Assembly: GCA_965224485.1 (NCBI GenBank)
Contig: CBDCZH010000020.1
Coordinates: forward strand, 1-21,087
Source: Arcobacteraceae bacterium
GTDB lineage: Bacteria > Campylobacterota > Campylobacteria > Campylobacterales > Arcobacteraceae
Direction of reading: 5' to 3'
DNA length: 21,087 nt
Positions 1 to 8,151 of the stretch are shown here, piece after piece. Made by a program: the position numbers and the translations under genes. Numbering within the stretch: the stretch's first letter is position 1; each line of letters begins with the position of its first letter. The notes beneath the pieces were generated by a model. That model ran no database searches. It had not been told where the DNA came from and saw only the letters and a list, made by a program, of their open reading frames with translations.

Positions 1-725
1 CTCTTTTGATATACCATGAACAAGGATTTGGTGATAATATTCAGTTTATTAGATTTGTAAATGATTTAGAATGTAAAAATATTTCTATTGGTGTTCAAAA
101 TGCTTTAAATAAACTTTTTTCATATAACTTTCCAAATATAAAATTCTTAAGCGAAATAAAATCAAGTGATAAATATGATTATATGCTTGCACTTATGAGC
201 ATACCTTTTTATCTAAAATTAGAAAAACTAAATACAAATAAAGAATATTTAGATGTTAAAAAAGAAGATATTTTAGAATTTAAAGAAAAAAATCTCAAAG
301 AAAAAACTTTTAATATTGGTCTTACGTGGAAAGGTTCAAAGAAAAATAAGAGTTCTTTAAAACTTGATGAACTAGAATTATTATTAAATATTAAAAATAC
401 AAATTTTCACTCTTTACAAATTGAAGAAAATGAAGAAGCAGAAAAATATAATATCTCTGATTTAGGAAGTTCTTTTAAAAACTTTTATGATACAGCTGTT
501 GCTATAAAGTCTATGGATTTAATAATATCAGTTGATACAGCAGTTGCTCACTTAGCAGGAGCTTTAGGAGTAAGTACTTTTGTTATATATAAAGATAAGA
601 ATTTTGACTTTAGATGGCTTCTTAAAAATCAAACCTCAATTTGGTATAATAGTATAAGAATATATAATAAAGATCAAGTAACTCAAATAAAAAAAAGTAT
701 TGAAGAATTAGTAAGGAATAAGTAA
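1..725 (+). CDS. C-terminal part of a GT-B/GT9-like glycosyltransferase (family usually has N-terminal TPRs); 5'-truncated by the window edge
   Basis: The frame is open to the left edge (CTT TTG ATA TAC...). It carries the motifs HEQGFGDNIQF, IGLTWKGS, FYDTA, DLIISVDTAVAHLAGALG and DFRW, typical of TPR-GT9-like proteins. Confidence 0.8.
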   Translation, partial: LLIYHEQGFGDNIQFIRFVNDLECKNISIGVQNALNKLFSYNFPNIKFLSEIKSSDKYDYMLALMSIPFYLKLEKLNTNKEYLDVKKEDILEFKEKNLKEKTFNIGLTWKGSKKNKSSLKLDELELLLNIKNTNFHSLQIEENEEAEKYNISDLGSSFKNFYDTAVAIKSMDLIISVDTAVAHLAGALGVSTFVIYKDKNFDFRWLLKNQTSIWYNSIRIYNKDQVTQIKKSIEELVRNK

Positions 726-727
726 AA

Positions 728-1846
728 ATGAATTGTGATTATTTTAGTAAATGTGGAAGTTGTACGTTATATGATAAAGATTATGAAGAACAATTAGAGT
801 TTAAAATACAAAGAGAAAAAGAGAGATTTAAAGACTTAACATCTTTAGAGTTTGATATTATAAAAAGTAATAGGGAAAACTTTAGAAATAGAGCTGAGTT
901 TAGACTTTGGAAAAATTATGATGAAAAAGACAAAGCAACTTTGTCTTATGCTATGAATGATTTTGATAAAAAAGCTTTAGAAATAACAAGTTGTTCTATT
1001 GTTTCACTTGATATAAAGAATTTAATGCCTAAATTATTAGAGAAAATTGAAGGAAATGAAAAATTATTACATAGAATTTATTCCTGTGAATTCTTAAATT
1101 CAAGTACACATGATATGTTAGTAACGTTAATATATCATACAAAACTAGATGAAGAATGGTTAGAATTAGCAAAAGAGTTAGAAAAAGATTTAGGAATAAA
1201 AATAATTGGAAGAAGTAGAAAACAAAAAGTAATTGTTTCACAAGATTATATAAAAGAAACACTAAGTATAAATAACAAAGAATTCTTTTTTGAATATCAA
1301 GAAGGTGGATTTACTCAACCAAATACTAAATTAAATGAACAAATGATAGAATGGGTTCTTAAAACTTCTAAAAAAACTGATGATTTATGCGAACTATACT
1401 GTGGTGGAGGAAATTTCACAATTCCTTTAAGTACTATGTATAAGAGAGTTATAGCAACTGAAATTTCAAAAACTTCTATAAAATCTGCAAAAATTAACTG
1501 TGAGTTAAATGCAGTTTCTAATATAAACTTTGTAAGAATGAGTGCAGAAGATTTCGTTCTTGCTTTAAATACAAATAGAGTTTTTAAAAGATTAGAAGGC
1601 TTAGATGTAAAAGCCTATAAAAAGCAAACTATTTTTGTAGACCCTCCAAGAGCTGGATTAGATAATACTACTAGAGCCTTATGTAAAGAGTATGAACAAA
1701 TTATCTATATATCTTGTAACCCTGAAACTTTGAATAGAGACTTAAAAGAGCTTGATAATACACACCAACTCTTAAATTTCGCTTTATTTGATCAATTTGC
1801 CTATACAAAGCATATAGAATGCGGTGCAATTTTAATTAAAAAGTAA
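728..1846 (+). CDS. trmA: tRNA (uracil-54-C5)-methyltransferase TrmA
   Basis: Motifs FRNRAEFRLW, GGFTQPN, ELYCGGGNFT, VDPPRAG, YISCNPETL and FDQFAYTKHIECG. The N-terminal CxxxxxCGSC is typical of the epsilonproteobacterial form. Confidence 0.95.
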   Translation: MNCDYFSKCGSCTLYDKDYEEQLEFKIQREKERFKDLTSLEFDIIKSNRENFRNRAEFRLWKNYDEKDKATLSYAMNDFDKKALEITSCSIVSLDIKNLMPKLLEKIEGNEKLLHRIYSCEFLNSSTHDMLVTLIYHTKLDEEWLELAKELEKDLGIKIIGRSRKQKVIVSQDYIKETLSINNKEFFFEYQEGGFTQPNTKLNEQMIEWVLKTSKKTDDLCELYCGGGNFTIPLSTMYKRVIATEISKTSIKSAKINCELNAVSNINFVRMSAEDFVLALNTNRVFKRLEGLDVKAYKKQTIFVDPPRAGLDNTTRALCKEYEQIIYISCNPETLNRDLKELDNTHQLLNFALFDQFAYTKHIECGAILIKK

Positions 1847-1849
1847 TTT

Positions 1850-1861
1850 TCTTAGCTAAGA
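1850..1861. promoter_or_regulatory. Perfect 12-bp palindrome upstream of flagellin 1 (possible operator or promoter element)
   Basis: TCTTAGCTAAGA lies in the 48-bp trmA-flagellin spacer. An SD-like AAAAGGT precedes the ATG at 1895. Confidence 0.3.
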
Positions 1862-1894
1862 TATCTATATAAATATAGTTAAAAAGGTTAAAAG

Positions 1895-2758
1895 ATGATT
1901 ATTAATACAAATATATCTTCTCTAACAGCAAGAGAAAATGCAACAAATACAAATTCAAGAATAAAAGACTCTTTAGAAAAACTGAGTTCTGGATTAAAAA
2001 TCAATAAAGCTAGTGATGATGCTTCTGGTTTAGCAATTGCAGATAAACTAAGAACACAAGCTACTTCACTTGGTCAAGGTATTGATAATGGTAACTCAGC
2101 TGTTACCTTACTGCAAATTGCAGATAAATCAATGGCTGAGCAATCAAATATTTTAGATATTGTAAAAGCTAAACTAATTCAGGCAAATACAGATAGTACA
2201 TCTAGTTCTGGACGTGATGCAATTGCAAAAGATATTTCAAAATTATTAGAGCAGCTAAATAATATTGGTGAGCAAACTAATTATAATGGAAGACAACTGA
2301 TATCAGGAGCTGATGGAATTGCAAGTGGAAGTGCTCATACTTTTCAAGTAGGTGAGAAAGCTAGTGATACAATCTCTACTACTGTAATATCAGCAAATAC
2401 TACTGGTTTAAGCCTTACTGGTTTATCAGCTCAAGTAGGTGCAACTAAGCTTGACAGTAGTGTGGCTTTTACAAAAGCAATGGCTTCAGGAGCACAAACT
2501 AAAGTAGATGCTGCTATTACTAAACTGAATAGTTTTAGAGCAGATATTGGGTCAACTCAAAATCAAGTTGAATCAGCAGTAAGAAACTTAATGACGCAAA
2601 AAACAAATGTTAAAGCCGCTGAATCAATTATTAGAGATGTTGATTATGCAGAAGAGAGTTCAAACTTTAATAAGCAAAATATAATTTCTCAAGCTGGTTC
2701 GTATGCAATTTCGCAAGCTAATCAAGTACAGCAAAATGTATTGAGATTATTACAATAA
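1895..2758 (+). CDS. Flagellin (short, 287 aa; FlaA/FlaB paralog 1)
   Basis: N-terminal INTN...SLEKLSSGLKINKASDDASGLAIA and C-terminal RADIGSTQN...AAESIIRDVDYAEE...QNVLRLLQ flagellin domains. The A/B naming cannot be decided from sequence. Confidence 0.97.
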   Translation: MIINTNISSLTARENATNTNSRIKDSLEKLSSGLKINKASDDASGLAIADKLRTQATSLGQGIDNGNSAVTLLQIADKSMAEQSNILDIVKAKLIQANTDSTSSSGRDAIAKDISKLLEQLNNIGEQTNYNGRQLISGADGIASGSAHTFQVGEKASDTISTTVISANTTGLSLTGLSAQVGATKLDSSVAFTKAMASGAQTKVDAAITKLNSFRADIGSTQNQVESAVRNLMTQKTNVKAAESIIRDVDYAEESSNFNKQNIISQAGSYAISQANQVQQNVLRLLQ

Positions 2759-2804
2759 TCACTAATTAGCAAAAGAAGTAACTCGTTATTTTATAATCAT
2801 CTTT

Positions 2805-2840
2805 AAAAAAAAGGTTAAGAATTTATCTTAGCCTTTTTTT
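2805..2840. terminator. Rho-independent terminator after flagellin 1, probably bidirectional
   Basis: A8-GGTTAAGA-ATTTA-TCTTAGCC-T7, a stem with one G-U pair flanked by A and T tracts. Confidence 0.85.
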
Positions 2841-2915
2841 ATGTTTAAATTGACTTAAGCTAATAATAAGAAATGGTATGTCATACTTCTTTATGTGTTT
2901 AAGAAAGGATTACAT

Positions 2916-3125
2916 ATGAGAAGTTTAAATTCACTTACAGATGATATTTTAAAAATTCAAAGAAAACTTTGTACTTTTGAAATGGGCTCTAGAAATTATT
3001 CTAAATATATGAAAATACTATCTAAACATATTAAAAGAAATAGCATGAAAGCTAGGGTTAATAGTAATATTAAAACTATTGAAGCTATTGAAAAGATTAG
3101 GGATGAAGACCTAATTGCTGTATAG
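2916..3125 (+). CDS. Small basic hypothetical protein (69 aa from ATG 2916; the ORF track starts at the in-frame GTG 2895)
   Basis: A strong SD (AAAGGA, 2904-2909) sits 6 nt before ATG 2916. An extended -10-like TGTCATACT lies at 2879-2887. A 69-codon open frame is unlikely by chance in such AT-rich DNA. Confidence 0.7.
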   Translation: MRSLNSLTDDILKIQRKLCTFEMGSRNYSKYMKILSKHIKRNSMKARVNSNIKTIEAIEKIRDEDLIAV

Positions 3126-3228
3126 GTATCAATGGATACCAAAGAGTTAAGACTCTATGCTTGGTAAAACAAGAATGTTTTCCGTCGCTTTTTTTAAAGC
3201 AAGTCGTTCATAATTAAAAGGATTTATT
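3125..3228 (+). promoter_or_regulatory. Structured leader of flagellin 2 with successive hairpins and GGA motifs (candidate CsrA sites)
   Basis: Hairpins: GGTATC-AATG-GATACC (3125-3140, contains ATGGA), AGAGT-TAAG-ACTCT (3143-3156), GG(T)AAAACA-AGAA-TGTTTTCC (3163-3183) and GCTTT-TTTT-AAAGC (3187-3200). SD AAGGA at 3218-3222. Confidence 0.55.
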
Positions 3229-4095
3229 ATGATTATTAATACAAATGTCTCTTCTTTAACTGCAAGAGAAAATGCTACAAACACAAGTAATAGAATTTCT
3301 AGTTCATTAGAAAAGTTATCTTCAGGGTTAAAAATTAACAAAGCTTCTGATGATGCTTCTGGACTAGCAATTGCTGATAAACTAAGAACTCAAGCTACAT
3401 CAATTGGTCAAGGTGTTGATAATGGAAACTCTGCTATTACATTATTACAAATTGCTGATAAATCAATGGCTGAGCAATCAAATATTTTAGATACTATTAA
3501 AGCTAAATTAATTCAAGCAAATACTGATACTACTTCAAGTGCAGGTAGAGAAGCAATTGCAAAAGATGTTACAAAATTATTAACACAACTTAATAATATT
3601 GGTCAACAAACTAACTATAATGGTAGACAATTAATCTCTGATGCAGATGATGTTACAAAAGGTGCAAGTACGCATACTTTCCAAGTTGGAGAGAAAGCAA
3701 GTAGTACTATTTCAACTGGTCAAATTTCATCTAATACTACGGGATTAAACCTTACAACATTATCATCAAATGTTAGTGCAACTGCTGCAAGTGGATCTGT
3801 TGCTTTTACAAAAGCAATGGCATCTGCTGCACAAACGCAGGTTGATAGTGCAATTACTAAACTGAATGGATTTAGAGCTGATATTGGGTCGACTCAAAAT
3901 CAAATTGAATCTGCTGTAAGAAACTTAATGACGCAAGAAACAAATGTTAAAGCGGCTGAGTCTATTATTAGAGATGTTAATTATGCGGATGAAAGTGCAA
4001 ACTTTAATAAACAAAATATCATTTCTCAAGCGGGTTCATATGCAATTGGACAAGCTAATACTATCCAACAAAATGTATTGAGATTATTACAATAA
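3229..4095 (+). CDS. Flagellin (short, 288 aa; FlaA/FlaB paralog 2)
   Basis: Same flagellin N- and C-terminal domains, highly similar to 1895..2758, with a good SD. Confidence 0.97.
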   Translation: MIINTNVSSLTARENATNTSNRISSSLEKLSSGLKINKASDDASGLAIADKLRTQATSIGQGVDNGNSAITLLQIADKSMAEQSNILDTIKAKLIQANTDTTSSAGREAIAKDVTKLLTQLNNIGQQTNYNGRQLISDADDVTKGASTHTFQVGEKASSTISTGQISSNTTGLNLTTLSSNVSATAASGSVAFTKAMASAAQTQVDSAITKLNGFRADIGSTQNQIESAVRNLMTQETNVKAAESIIRDVNYADESANFNKQNIISQAGSYAIGQANTIQQNVLRLLQ

Positions 4096-4117
4096 TAGTC
4101 TTATATAATATATTTTT

Positions 4118-4148
4118 AAACCTAAGTCTTTTAGACTTAGGTTTTTTT
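4118..4148. terminator. Rho-independent terminator between convergent flagellin 2 and maf 1
   Basis: AAACCTAAGTCT-TTT-AGACTTAGGTTT is a perfect 12-bp stem running into a T7 tract that touches the maf stop codon. Confidence 0.9.
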
Positions 4149-6192
4149 ATACCTCTTTTAAATAAGAAATATATTTATCTAATAAACCAATAGTTTCTTC
4201 TAGAAATAATTTTTCTATTTTTTGTATTTTCTCTTTTTCATTCTTTAATGATTGATCATTTAAAGCATAATAAATATATTGTAAAAACACATCATAATAT
4301 CTTATAAATACAACATGAACAAAAGAGCAATAAGTACTTGGATAAAGAAGTGCCTCAATTAATTTATTTACTTTTTCTTTAAACTCTGAGATATTCTTAG
4401 ACTCATTATTTGATAAAAGTTTAAAATCTTCTTTTACTTTTAATAAATATTTTAATTCATTTTGTAAGTCATTATAATCAGCTTTATCTAAAGATTTTTT
4501 AGAAATTGATTTTAAATATTTTCCAATACTTAGATCTAAATTTTCTTCTTTAAAGTCTTGTAAATTTAAATCTTTTGTAGCTATTGGAATACTCGAAGAG
4601 ATAAAAGCTCCATGATTTGATAAGTTATAGATTTTTTGAAAAGGTTTTTTTATTAGGGTAAAATTTGAACTTAAAGCATCTAAAGATAGATAAAAAAGTC
4701 TATTTGTATAAACTTCTTCTCTTAAATTACCTTTTACAGTTATTAGTTCTTTATCTAAGGAGAACTCGTCTGAACTTTCATCATATAATTTATCTTTAAA
4801 ATCAATATCATACTCTTTACTTTTATACTCATTAGTATGTGAAGAGCCAGTTTCTTGATTAATTGCGAAATCTAGTCCAAGCAAGTACATTTCTTTAAAA
4901 CCAAGAGCTAAAATAATACTTGCCGTCATTTCACCAACAGAGAAACCTTTATAACATATATTTAAAGAGTGTATAGGTTTAAGCATTTCGTATAAGAATA
5001 ATTTTTCCTGGTTAAATCTATCTAAAATTCTTTGATCTGTATTTATTGCTGATAAAACATAACAATCTTTTAGAAGTTTTACATTTTCTTTATCAAAATG
5101 TTTTGTATTTAAAACAGAATACTGAGGATCTAGTGTTGCCACAATATCGGGTTTTATACCATGTTTAAAAAGTATTTTATATGTTGCTGCGATGGCTATA
5201 ATTAAAAACTTATCTTTATTTTCTTTTAACCACTGTATATTATCTCCTAAAGAAGGACCAGCACCTACAAATAGAACTTTTTTATTTAAGAGTTTATCTT
5301 CACTTTTTTGTTTTATTTGAATGATATTATATTTATTAACTCTAGAAGTCATAGTTTTCCACATATTTTCTAACATCATATGATGGTTAAAAGATGTACT
5401 TTTATGTGCTAGAACTGAACTTATCAGATTATTAAAAGAGTTTTTTACATTATGGTTAGTAGAAAAATATCTAATACAATAATTTTCATGTGAATCGTTT
5501 GATAAAAAACGTTCTAAATGAGAAGAAAATTCATGGGAATCATCCATAATTGAGAAAACAACAGTTTTTCCATCTCTTGCAAGGTTAGAATAATCAACTA
5601 CAAATAAAGATAATCTAAATAGTTCTAAGTTCTCTTCACAAACAAAAAAGTTTTTTGCATGTAATTTTTCTGCCATTAAAGGAATATGTCTTCCTAAAAG
5701 TGTTCCTACAAATACAAATTTATTTACATACTTGAACTTTTTAAATTTATAAGTAGCTAAATTATCTCTTAGAATATCAAAGTATTTTAAGGTTTCATTA
5801 GCCAATCTCATATTTGAATATTCAAAATTACACATATATTCGCACTCAGAATAAATGTCAAACCAAGAACCTCTAAAAAGTTCCTCATCTAAGGTTGAAA
5901 GGCTACCTTTTGAAGTAAAATCTATTTTATGATAAGCATTTCTATTATATATTTTTGGTTTATTATTATATAAAAACTTTTCATTTTTAATATCATAGAT
6001 ATCAAAATCTCCATCTTCTTTAATAAACTCTAATCTATAATTTTCTTTGAATTTACCTGCTGTAATTAATTGAGAGAAAGCATCAACTCTTTGAAATAAT
6101 TTATTATCATATTCATTTAAAAAAGATAAATTTGCTAAAAATGTAGTCAGTAATGCATTTTGAAGTTCTTCTTGTGCTGTTTCAATAGACAT
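4147..6192 (-). CDS. maf: Motility-associated factor (Maf/DUF115) flagellin glycosyltransferase 1
   Basis: Motifs VGAGPSL, GIKPDIVATLDP, GFSVG...LGFKEMYLLGLDFA...SH, VKGN...VYT and IYNLS. Adjacent to flagellin. SD AAGGTT on the minus strand at 6201-6206. Confidence 0.9.
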   Translation of the reverse strand: MSIETAQEELQNALLTTFLANLSFLNEYDNKLFQRVDAFSQLITAGKFKENYRLEFIKEDGDFDIYDIKNEKFLYNNKPKIYNRNAYHKIDFTSKGSLSTLDEELFRGSWFDIYSECEYMCNFEYSNMRLANETLKYFDILRDNLATYKFKKFKYVNKFVFVGTLLGRHIPLMAEKLHAKNFFVCEENLELFRLSLFVVDYSNLARDGKTVVFSIMDDSHEFSSHLERFLSNDSHENYCIRYFSTNHNVKNSFNNLISSVLAHKSTSFNHHMMLENMWKTMTSRVNKYNIIQIKQKSEDKLLNKKVLFVGAGPSLGDNIQWLKENKDKFLIIAIAATYKILFKHGIKPDIVATLDPQYSVLNTKHFDKENVKLLKDCYVLSAINTDQRILDRFNQEKLFLYEMLKPIHSLNICYKGFSVGEMTASIILALGFKEMYLLGLDFAINQETGSSHTNEYKSKEYDIDFKDKLYDESSDEFSLDKELITVKGNLREEVYTNRLFYLSLDALSSNFTLIKKPFQKIYNLSNHGAFISSSIPIATKDLNLQDFKEENLDLSIGKYLKSISKKSLDKADYNDLQNELKYLLKVKEDFKLLSNNESKNISEFKEKVNKLIEALLYPSTYCSFVHVVFIRYYDVFLQYIYYALNDQSLKNEKEKIQKIEKLFLEETIGLLDKYISYLKEV

Positions 6193-6219
6193 GAGATAGT
6201 AACCTTATTTTAATATTTT

Positions 6220-6232
6220 TAGTATTATACTA
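6220..6232. promoter_or_regulatory. Overlapping divergent -10 boxes for the two maf genes
   Basis: Interrupted palindrome TAGTAT-T-ATACTA. It gives TATACT on + (6226-6231) and TATAAT on - (6224-6229) within a 44-bp spacer. Confidence 0.55.
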
Positions 6233-6236
6233 TTCA

Positions 6237-8078
6237 ATGAGTAAAAACCAAGAATTAGAAGAGCTTTTTAATACAATAAATACAATATATGCTAAAAATA
6301 TAAACTTTTTACGTCTAAATCATACAAAAACATACCAAAAAATTATAGATTTTGAAAAACTTAAAAAAGAAAACTATTTTTTAGATTTTGAAAATAATCA
6401 TTTTGAGCTTCTTGATATTAATAAAAATAAAACATACAATTGTGATCCTTTCTTTGATGCAAAACAAAGAGTTAAAGATTTAAAAAATAAATCCTGTTTT
6501 AATCTTCTTACAAACAAGTTTTTAGAAAAAAAAGTATTTTATAAAAATCAACTTAGTGCATATAAATTTATCAATGAATATCTCGAACTTGAAAGAAAAG
6601 AAAATTCATATGATAAGTTTATTTTTTTAGGAACTTTATTAGGAGTACATATAAATGATTTTCATAAAATACTTAAATCAAAAATTTATTTAATTCTTGA
6701 AGATGAAATAGAAATTTTTAGATTATCTTTATTTTTAACAGATTATGAAGATTTAGAGAAAAACTCTAAAATATTTTTTTGTATAAACCAAAATATAAAA
6801 GAGAAAGAAAACAAAATAAAAGATTTTTTAGCCTATAAAAAGCAATACAATAACAAAATATTTTTTGAGCTCTCATGCGAAAAATCTATTTCAAATATTG
6901 AATTTTTAAGCTCAACATTCGCTAATAATGATCCTTTTAATTACCCTTTTTGCGAATATTTAGTGAGTTTAAAAAGGTCATTTAGGTATTTTAATCAAAA
7001 AAGAAAAATACTAAAACTGCAAAACTCACAAGATTTTTTTTCAAAACCTATTTTATTTTTAGGGGCTGGTCCTTCTTTAGGTGAAAATATTGAGTGGGTA
7101 TATATGAATCAAGATAGTTTTATACTTGTTTGTGCAGCAGGAGCATTAAAAAGATGTGAACTTTTAGATATTGTTCCTGATGTAATTTTAAGTATTGATG
7201 GTCAGAATAAACAAGTTCTTAGACAATTTGATGTAAAGAATAAGTATTATAAAGACTCACTTATTATAAGCTCAACTAAAACAGATGAAGAAGTAATAAA
7301 GAAAATTGATTCTAAAAAACTGTTTTTCATGCAAGATAATGTAGAGTGTTTTTATAATTGTGGGATTTTTACAGGAGTAACTGTAGGAGATATTGGACTT
7401 GATTTAATACTAAGATTAGGTGCTAAAGAGATTTATATGCTTGGTTTTGATGCAAGTGTCTCAAAAAGAGGAAAAACTCATGATGGTACACATACAAGTA
7501 GAAAAGTAAAAAATGAAAAAACTAATATTTTAAAAAATCAAGCAATAGATAGTAAAAATGATTTATATGAAGTAAAAGGAAATTTTAGAGAAACAGTTCT
7601 AACTTTTATGTTATATAAACAAATGATTCAATCAATAAATAAAATAACAAAAAATACAAAAGCAAAAATATATAACCTTAGTGATGGAGCAAAATTTCTA
7701 GATATAAAAGCTTTAAAAACAACAGAATTATCTATAAAAAAATCAAGCAATATAAATAAAGAAGAAGTAAAGAAAGAATTAGAAAACAACTTAAATAGTA
7801 TTGTTTTAGAATCTCTAAGTTCTAAAGATAAAATAGATATAAAACGTGAGCAAAAAATCTTAAAAAAGCTAAAAACTTCAAGAATAAATAGCTTCGAGGA
7901 AAACTTTAAAACTTTAAATACTTCATATCCAAACTCTAGTTCAATTCAAATTATAAATCAATTTTTTAAACTAATAAAACCTTATAGTTTCGCATGTGAA
8001 GACAAGGAAATTATAAAAAAACAATACGACTTAATAGTAAAAGATCTCAAAGAAATATACTCTTATCCATTTCTTTAG
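6237..8078 (+). CDS. maf: Motility-associated factor (Maf/DUF115) flagellin glycosyltransferase 2
   Basis: Motifs LGAGPSL, DIVPDVILSIDG, GVTVG...LGAKEIYMLGFDA...TH, VKGNFRETV and IYNLSDGA. It shares GTLLG.HI and E.FRLSLF..DY with maf 1. Confidence 0.9.
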   Translation: MSKNQELEELFNTINTIYAKNINFLRLNHTKTYQKIIDFEKLKKENYFLDFENNHFELLDINKNKTYNCDPFFDAKQRVKDLKNKSCFNLLTNKFLEKKVFYKNQLSAYKFINEYLELERKENSYDKFIFLGTLLGVHINDFHKILKSKIYLILEDEIEIFRLSLFLTDYEDLEKNSKIFFCINQNIKEKENKIKDFLAYKKQYNNKIFFELSCEKSISNIEFLSSTFANNDPFNYPFCEYLVSLKRSFRYFNQKRKILKLQNSQDFFSKPILFLGAGPSLGENIEWVYMNQDSFILVCAAGALKRCELLDIVPDVILSIDGQNKQVLRQFDVKNKYYKDSLIISSTKTDEEVIKKIDSKKLFFMQDNVECFYNCGIFTGVTVGDIGLDLILRLGAKEIYMLGFDASVSKRGKTHDGTHTSRKVKNEKTNILKNQAIDSKNDLYEVKGNFRETVLTFMLYKQMIQSINKITKNTKAKIYNLSDGAKFLDIKALKTTELSIKKSSNINKEEVKKELENNLNSIVLESLSSKDKIDIKREQKILKKLKTSRINSFEENFKTLNTSYPNSSSIQIINQFFKLIKPYSFACEDKEIIKKQYDLIVKDLKEIYSYPFL

Positions 8079-8101
8079 ATTAAATTAAATCATAATCATA
8101 C

Positions 8102-8122
8102 TTTAAGTATAATTTACTTAAA
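8102..8122 (+). promoter_or_regulatory. Inverted repeat overlapping a TATAAT box at the head of the sugar operon
   Basis: TTTAAGTA-N5-TACTTAAA with TATAAT at 8108-8113. SD AAGGA at 8141-8145. Confidence 0.45.
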
Positions 8123-8151
8123 ATAGCATATAAATTAAATAAGGATTTTTC

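Noticed and set aside
1029..1262. 77-aa minus-strand ORF
   Set aside because: It is the antisense shadow of trmA. Its hydrophobic look comes from the A-rich sense codons.
3096..3228. tRNA, riboswitch or CRISPR interpretation of the hairpin cluster
   Set aside because: There are no tRNA D/T-loop consensus sequences, no recognised riboswitch core and no repeat-spacer periodicity.
3147..3341. 64-aa minus-strand ORF over the flagellin 2 start
   Set aside because: It is antisense to a conserved flagellin N-terminus and has no motif or other support.
4147..8078. Phase-variable poly-G/C tracts as in C. jejuni maf genes
   Set aside because: No long G or C run was seen. A8 runs elsewhere (689-696, 10428-10435) are expected at this AT content and the frames are intact.
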